Source: an uncultured Pseudomonadales bacterium
Lineage (GTDB): Bacteria > Pseudomonadota > Gammaproteobacteria > Pseudomonadales > Azotimanducaceae
Assembly (NCBI GenBank): GCA_963976815.1
Contig: CAXBLU010000007.1
Coordinates: 41,645 to 105,644 of the forward strand
Length of the DNA: 64,000 nt
Direction of reading: 5' to 3'
This document shows, one piece after another, positions 58,841 through 64,000 of this stretch; the first letter of the stretch is position 1; the number at the start of each line of letters is the position of its first letter. The translations under genes were made by a program, and so were the position numbers. The notes beneath the pieces are model-generated. The model was not told where the DNA came from. It saw only the letters and a list, made by a program, of their open reading frames with translations, and searched no databases.

Positions 58841-59701
58841 TTGTTGATGACATGTTTTAAACACTGGACCCTGAGCATCTTCACCAGCTTAATCCTGGTC
58901 AGTGGAGCACAAGCCAGTTCCTGTGACATAGAACCCTCAAAACCAACAGCTGACGCCATCATCGCGTATCAAGCCTGCATCGACGCTGGTCATCAAATGG
59001 TGACTGACCTCAGAAATGAGCTCGGCACAAGATCATTCCAAACCGGCAGTTTCAAAACGGCGGTTGTTCACTTTTCGGAAATCATCGATCAACAGGACAG
59101 GCCCGGCAGAGCCCATTTCAACCGGGCACTGGCCTACCTGGAACTCGGTAAGGAAAGGCATGCCCTGAAGGACCTTGAAGCCGCCAATCAGATATTGCCT
59201 GGATATTCACCTGCACACTTCTATCGCGGCGTTACGCTGCATAAGTTGCGCCGTTATCAGCAGGCCATCGATGCATTTGGAGTTGCGCTCAACCTATCCG
59301 CCGGTGGAGCAGCACTTGCGCCAATCTATTTCGAAAAGGCCCAGGCTGAAATTAAGCGTAAGTACATTCAAGAAGCCCGCAAGAGCCTCGACAACGCACT
59401 TGAATCCGATCCCAGCTACTCAAAAGCCCTCTTTGCACGAGCGCTTTTACACAAAAAGTCCGGTGCGGATGAACTTGCCATCGCTGACTACAATCAGTAC
59501 ATCTTATCCAACCCCGAATCCGCCGAGGCCCACTACAATCGCGGCCTAATATTTCAGGATTTGCGACGGGACCACCTGGCTATTCAGGACTTCAATCGGG
59601 CGATCGAGTTGAACCCAAGGTATGTAAAAGCCAGGGCAAGCAAAGGGATTACCTACTTCTGGCCGGTGTTCCCTGTCTTGTTGGTGCTATTACTCGGCTA
59701 A
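58841..59701 (+). CDS. TPR-repeat protein with a signal peptide and a C-terminal hydrophobic segment
   Basis: The signal peptide ends in ...LVSGAQA. Several TPR-like units are present (AHFNRALAYLELGK, AHFYRGVTLHKLRRYQQAI, AHYNRGLIFQDL). The C-terminus is ITYFWPVFPVLLVLLLG. Confidence 0.75.
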   Translation: MLMTCFKHWTLSIFTSLILVSGAQASSCDIEPSKPTADAIIAYQACIDAGHQMVTDLRNELGTRSFQTGSFKTAVVHFSEIIDQQDRPGRAHFNRALAYLELGKERHALKDLEAANQILPGYSPAHFYRGVTLHKLRRYQQAIDAFGVALNLSAGGAALAPIYFEKAQAEIKRKYIQEARKSLDNALESDPSYSKALFARALLHKKSGADELAIADYNQYILSNPESAEAHYNRGLIFQDLRRDHLAIQDFNRAIELNPRYVKARASKGITYFWPVFPVLLVLLLG

Positions 59702-59757
59702 ACTTTTTTACACCGAATCCGTGTCACACTGAATCTGTTCTACCGGTCTAGATCTTT

Positions 59758-60681
59758 ATGTATCGGCTTATCCTTTTATTTTTGGTTATTTCTCAACCAC
59801 TTATCGCTGAACCACTTAAGGTTCCCGGCGGCGAGTTTGATATTGAGTGGAAAACCCCCTTCAGTCAGCAAGAAAAAGCAACGCTCATCAGTTGGCTCGA
59901 ACACGCCGCTACCTCCGCCAGTTTGATTAATGGAAGTTTCCCCCGCAAGCAGACCCATGTGCTTATCCAGCGGGCGAGCCGAGGTACTGGCCCCGTGCCC
60001 TGGGCGAACACCATTCGACATACGGATCCCCAGGGCGTTTCCTTCCACGTGAACCCCACAGCTGGGCTCGAGGCGCTAAAAGCCGACTGGACCGCAACCC
60101 ACGAGTTTAGTCATCTCTATTTGCCCTACCCTGGCCGGTCGGATATCTGGATATCAGAGGGATTCGCAAGCTACTACCAGAACATTTTTATGATGAGAAA
60201 AGGCACACTGAGCGAAGTTCAGGGATGGCAGAAAATTGCAGACGGATTTGCGAGAGGGCAAGCCGATCTCAATCAAGACATTTCGCTCCAGCAGGTCAGC
60301 CGGGAAATGCGCTCCAGACGTGCCTTTAAACGTGTATATTGGTCCGGCGCACACTATTTCCTCGAAGCTGATATTGCCCTACGCCAACAATCAAGTTCCC
60401 TGGATGAGGTGATATCCAAGTTTATGACCTGTTGCCGAGAGCACCCAGCGGAATGGGATGGGGCAAAAATCGTCGAGGCCCTTGATAAGGCGCTTGATCC
60501 AACCGGAACAACTCGTCTCTTTACGCCCCTATATCGCCAGTACCAACAGTCTATGGGACTTCCCGACTATCGCAGTACCCTGACCAAAGTGGGGGTTTTG
60601 ATTGCCGATAAGCAGATATCCCTGAGCCCCGAAAGTGATACTAGAACAGCCCTAAGGCAAGCCATTTCTTCGCGCCCCTAA
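59758..60681 (+). CDS. secreted MA-clan gluzincin-like metallopeptidase (HExxH-x18-E)
   Basis: The signal peptide is MYRLILLFLVISQPLIA. HEFSH lies at 60100-60114 and is followed by WISEGFASYY. The third-ligand Glu is 18 residues after the second His, which resembles Peptidase_MA_2/M1-type sites. Confidence 0.6.
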   Translation: MYRLILLFLVISQPLIAEPLKVPGGEFDIEWKTPFSQQEKATLISWLEHAATSASLINGSFPRKQTHVLIQRASRGTGPVPWANTIRHTDPQGVSFHVNPTAGLEALKADWTATHEFSHLYLPYPGRSDIWISEGFASYYQNIFMMRKGTLSEVQGWQKIADGFARGQADLNQDISLQQVSREMRSRRAFKRVYWSGAHYFLEADIALRQQSSSLDEVISKFMTCCREHPAEWDGAKIVEALDKALDPTGTTRLFTPLYRQYQQSMGLPDYRSTLTKVGVLIADKQISLSPESDTRTALRQAISSRP

Positions 60682-60742
60682 AAGGCGAATCTTGGACTCT
60701 GTGCTATATTTCTAGCTAGAACAAATACCAAAAGGATGGGGT

Positions 60743-62908
60743 ATGTTATCCGGGCTCCGCGGAACACTTCTAGCTAGCTGTGGACTGGTTTTCCTGTGTC
60801 CATACTTTTTATTCGCCGCGACTGACAACACAAACTCAGGGCCCGATCAATTTGAACAACTGATTCAACAGGCCTCCATCTATCAGAGCCGGGGCTATCG
60901 CAATCAGGCGGTTGCACTCCTGCAAAAAGCCGACAACCTCAAGGACGCAAATCAAACCCAGCGAATCCAATCGGGCTTACAACTTGCTCGCCTCTATTTT
61001 GAGCTTGGTGAGTATCCGCTGAGCTTGAATATGACCAGTCGGATATTGGCTCAAGGAGCACCCGAGGCCAGTCGAGCTGAAGCACTGAATATTCTGGCAA
61101 CTGTGCAGAGCACCCTCAATAAACCGAAAGTGGCGAGTGATACCTTCTCTGACGCAGTTACAGCAAGCGAGTTGTCCGTGGATAAACGGTTAACCAAAAT
61201 TATTCTCGCCAACCACTTAAGACATGAATTGGATTATGGAAAAAAGACCGCTGCCGTTGAACTAGCGACACGGCTCACACCTCTGGTCATGGCATTGGGG
61301 AATCAAAAAGAGTCAATCGAACTTCAAATCTCTACTGCTGAATTATTTATGCGTCTTTCGCTTTTGGCTCCTGAAACCAACAGCAGATCAAAGGCGCAAA
61401 CTCTGCTCGAGCGTGCCGCAGCAAACGCAGACGCGCTGTCAGACCCGAGGCTGCAAAGTTACGCTATTGGCCATCAAGGTCGAAACTTGATTGACCAGGG
61501 CAATTTAGCCGAGGGTTTACAGCGCCTCAGCACAGCGACATTTCTTGCAAACAGTAGCCGTTCCTTTGAGAGCGCTTACCTGTGGCAGTGGCAAACCGCC
61601 CGGGCTTACCGCTTGCAGGGGAAAACCAAAATGGCGGTGGCAGAATATCAAACCGCCATCTCGACTCTCGAGCAGGTAAGAAAAGAACTCATCAACGGCT
61701 CACCGTTCACTTTCCCCCAGAAGATCCAACCACTATTTTCTGAGTTATCTGATCTGCTACTCACCGCTGCACGATCATCCGCTATCCACTCCGACCAACA
61801 AACCTATTTGAAACAGGTACAGCATGTCCTAGAACAATCCAAATCTGCTGAGCTTCAGGATTACTTTCAAAACGATTGTGTCATTCCCGATGAGAGTATG
61901 GATCTCAACAATGTTGGCGTTGCAACCGCTGTTATCTATCCCGTGATTTTGCCCGATCGACTCGAAGTCCTGGTTAACATTGGTGACCAGGTCCATCAAT
62001 TTGTTGCTCCCACCACCGACAGCGATCTCAGGATGCTTGCTAACGACTTCAGGTACAACCTGCAACGGGATCAAGGTGATGATGAATACAAAGAACTGGG
62101 TAAAGAGCTTTACGATATGGTCTTCGCTGACGCTGAGGCTCTATTAAAAGCGCACAGTATCACCACCTTACTGATCATCCCGGACGGCATCCTACGGACT
62201 ATTCCTTTTTCAGCGTTCTATGATGGCAATGAATTTCTAATCCAAAAATTTGCCCTTGCGACGACGCCAGGTATTAGCCTTACCCTGCCAAAACACCTTG
62301 ATGTTGCTCAGGCTAGCTTGTTTGCTGGCGGCATCTCCGATGCGGTCCAGGGCTTCAGCGCCCTCCCGGGGGTACCGGTTGAACTCCTAAAATTACAGAA
62401 CGACTATGGTGCGGATGTCCTGCAGGACGAAAAATTCAGCCTCAACGCGGTTCAATTACAGCTGGGTTCCGCCGACTACTCCGTTGTTCATATCGCCACC
62501 CACGGTCACTTTGACAGCAATCCCCAGGCCTCCTACCTTCTCACCCATGATGACAAATTCACGATGGACTCCCTTGAACAGAGTATTGGGAGTCGACGTC
62601 AGACGGGAAACCCACTTGAACTGCTTGTGCTCAGCGCCTGTGAAACTGCCGTCGGTGACAATCGAGCGGCCCTGGGTCTCGCGGGTGTGGCACTCAAAGC
62701 CGGAGCGAGAAGCGCAATCGCCACACTTTGGCAGATTAGTGATGCCGCCACGGTTGAGGTGATTACCGATTTCTACGCAGGCAACACCACGGGCAAGATG
62801 AGTAAAGCCCAATCACTCCAATTTGCACAGACTCAACTGATAGCCTCGAAACGTTTTTATCACCCAAGTGACTGGGCACCCTTTTTATTGATTGGAAACT
62901 GGCTATGA
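60743..62908 (+). CDS. TPR-repeat plus CHAT-domain (caspase-like) protease with a signal peptide
   Basis: The N-terminus is hydrophobic and leader-like, and roughly 350 aa of TPR-like helices follow. The C-terminal CHAT core has His in VVHIATHGH (His codon 62501-62503) and Cys in LVLSACETA (Cys codon 62639-62641). Confidence 0.8.
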   Translation: MLSGLRGTLLASCGLVFLCPYFLFAATDNTNSGPDQFEQLIQQASIYQSRGYRNQAVALLQKADNLKDANQTQRIQSGLQLARLYFELGEYPLSLNMTSRILAQGAPEASRAEALNILATVQSTLNKPKVASDTFSDAVTASELSVDKRLTKIILANHLRHELDYGKKTAAVELATRLTPLVMALGNQKESIELQISTAELFMRLSLLAPETNSRSKAQTLLERAAANADALSDPRLQSYAIGHQGRNLIDQGNLAEGLQRLSTATFLANSSRSFESAYLWQWQTARAYRLQGKTKMAVAEYQTAISTLEQVRKELINGSPFTFPQKIQPLFSELSDLLLTAARSSAIHSDQQTYLKQVQHVLEQSKSAELQDYFQNDCVIPDESMDLNNVGVATAVIYPVILPDRLEVLVNIGDQVHQFVAPTTDSDLRMLANDFRYNLQRDQGDDEYKELGKELYDMVFADAEALLKAHSITTLLIIPDGILRTIPFSAFYDGNEFLIQKFALATTPGISLTLPKHLDVAQASLFAGGISDAVQGFSALPGVPVELLKLQNDYGADVLQDEKFSLNAVQLQLGSADYSVVHIATHGHFDSNPQASYLLTHDDKFTMDSLEQSIGSRRQTGNPLELLVLSACETAVGDNRAALGLAGVALKAGARSAIATLWQISDAATVEVITDFYAGNTTGKMSKAQSLQFAQTQLIASKRFYHPSDWAPFLLIGNWL

Positions 62909-64000
62909 GACCGATACTACTATTTACCATCGGTCTGCTTGTTGTCTTGCCGGTCCAGGCGGAAAACTACTACGTCGTCACCGGAAGCTTTGAGTCCAAA
63001 ACCAGCGCCGAAGATCAGGTCAATAAAGTCAGACAATGGTTTTCACCCACCACCATCACAGAAACGAAGGTCCGCGGGATAACTCGGTTTCGAGTTTTGG
63101 TTGGCCCGATCACGGATCCCTCAACAGCGGAGCAAACCCGAATCAAGGCCGCTGATCGAGGCTTTAGCCAAGCCTGGACCTTTGCAGAAAACTCAAAGAC
63201 TCAAACGAGTTCAAGCGTAAAAAAACCTGATACCGTGGCTCTTTCAAACCCTTCAAACGATTCAAGCACCTCAGGCCCATCTCCCGCTTCAGACCCTAGA
63301 ATCAGTCGTCAAAGTCATATTGAGGTTAGTCGTTTTATCTACACAGCGCCGGCGCTTGAATCTGGAGTGTCAGAACTACTGGCTACGGTCTCGAACAGAC
63401 AGATTCAAACATCAGAGTTGCTGGGTGTTAAAGACCGGATTAATCAACTCTACGTAACCAATGGCTACGTGAATACCGGCGTTATTATCCCAGACCAACA
63501 AATTCACAATAGCGAGCTTGAACTGCAATTCATTAGCGGGAAAATTTCAGAGCTACAGATCAATAGCCAATTGCGCAGACGATACATTCAGAGCCGATTA
63601 GACATTAGCGAACCCTTCAACCTGGTTCGCTTACAGAGCTCCCTCAAGCTATTAGAACAAGACCCGATGGTTACTCGCATAGATGCGAGGGTAGCGCCCG
63701 GCGTAAACCCCGGTGAGGCGACACTAGCACTGGAGGTCGAGACCTCGCCAAAATTTCAGATTGAGCTATATGCCGCAAATGATCGCTCGCCATCGATTGG
63801 CAGCGAAAATGGCAAGCTTACATTTGCCGCGACTAACCTAACGGGCTGGGGAGAAACCTATCGCGTGGGCACATCCGTTACCGAAGGACTCGACGCCTTT
63901 GATGCCACCATCGGTATACCTCTCACCTCCGGCGGCACCAGCCTGCAACTTCAATACGCACTCAGTGATTCATCCGTCATTGAAGAGCCTTTTGATGATA
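62905..64000 (+). CDS. ShlB/FhaC/HecB-type (TpsB-like) outer-membrane transporter with an N-terminal SPOR domain; 3' end beyond the window
   Basis: This gene is absent from the ORF track because it has no stop codon in the window. Hand translation from the ATG at 62905 shows a signal peptide (MRPILLFTIGLLVVLPVQA). A SPOR-like domain follows (YYVVTGSFESKTSAEDQV...FRVLVGPITDPSTAEQ), then a Ser-rich linker, then a POTRA_2-like region (LGVKDRINQLYVTNGYVNTGVIIPDQQIHNSELELQFISGKISEL) and the start of the barrel (LYAANDRSPSIGSENGKL...NLTGWGETY). The ATG overlaps the CHAT gene's TGA (ATGA). Confidence 0.75.
   Translation, partial: MRPILLFTIGLLVVLPVQAENYYVVTGSFESKTSAEDQVNKVRQWFSPTTITETKVRGITRFRVLVGPITDPSTAEQTRIKAADRGFSQAWTFAENSKTQTSSSVKKPDTVALSNPSNDSSTSGPSPASDPRISRQSHIEVSRFIYTAPALESGVSELLATVSNRQIQTSELLGVKDRINQLYVTNGYVNTGVIIPDQQIHNSELELQFISGKISELQINSQLRRRYIQSRLDISEPFNLVRLQSSLKLLEQDPMVTRIDARVAPGVNPGEATLALEVETSPKFQIELYAANDRSPSIGSENGKLTFAATNLTGWGETYRVGTSVTEGLDAFDATIGIPLTSGGTSLQLQYALSDSSVIEEPFDD

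Noticed and set aside
1-64000. I searched for tRNA, rRNA, integrase, transposase, phage or toxin-antitoxin genes and for inverted terminal repeats marking a mobile island.
   Set aside because: None was recognised by eye in any intergenic region or ORF. The window reads as core chromosome with a few accessory modules. tRNAscan, Infernal and ISfinder-type searches would be needed for certainty.

Overview
This window looks like an ordinary chromosomal segment of a Gram-negative, most likely marine gammaproteobacterial, genome. The taxonomic guess rests on the conserved miaB-phoH-ybeY-corC-lnt and leuS-lptE-holA blocks, the TonB-dependent receptors and LptE. I support about 60 protein-coding genes. 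I could not recognise any rRNA, tRNA, CRISPR array, transposase, integrase or phage gene by eye.

Content from left to right:
- a tandem-USP gene translationally coupled to a cytochrome c lipoprotein that runs off the left edge
- a POT peptide transporter coupled to a cytoplasmic sulfatase
- an NfeD-SPFH-SPFH operon
- an OmpR-type response regulator and sensor kinase pair preceded by a 5 x 14 bp tandem repeat
- a SahR-like regulator followed by ahcY
- tesB
- an orphan MoxR/CoxD-like ATPase with a CoxE-like VWA protein
- two tandem paralogous TonB-dependent receptors, divergent from a five-gene Opp/Dpp-type peptide ABC transporter
- a cobS-cobT-Nudix operon
- the housekeeping block holA-lptE-leuS and lnt-corC-ybeY-phoH-miaB
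- assorted lipid and CoA metabolism genes
- a compact storage-lipid locus: alpha/beta hydrolase-phaR, divergent from wax ester synthase (WS/DGAT), two phasins, a small protein and an SDR
- at the right edge, a four-gene envelope cluster: TPR protein, MA-clan gluzincin, TPR-CHAT caspase-like protease, and a SPOR-fused ShlB/FhaC-type outer-membrane transporter

The best candidate for an undescribed system is the right-edge cluster, where the CHAT protease is translationally coupled to a TpsB-like transporter and no canonical TpsA cargo is in view. The second candidate is a PhaR/phasin regulon attached to a wax-ester synthase rather than to a PHA synthase, with a shared promoter/operator design in front of both phasin genes.

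All calls come from reading the ORF translations and the nucleotide sequence by eye. No database search or computation was run.
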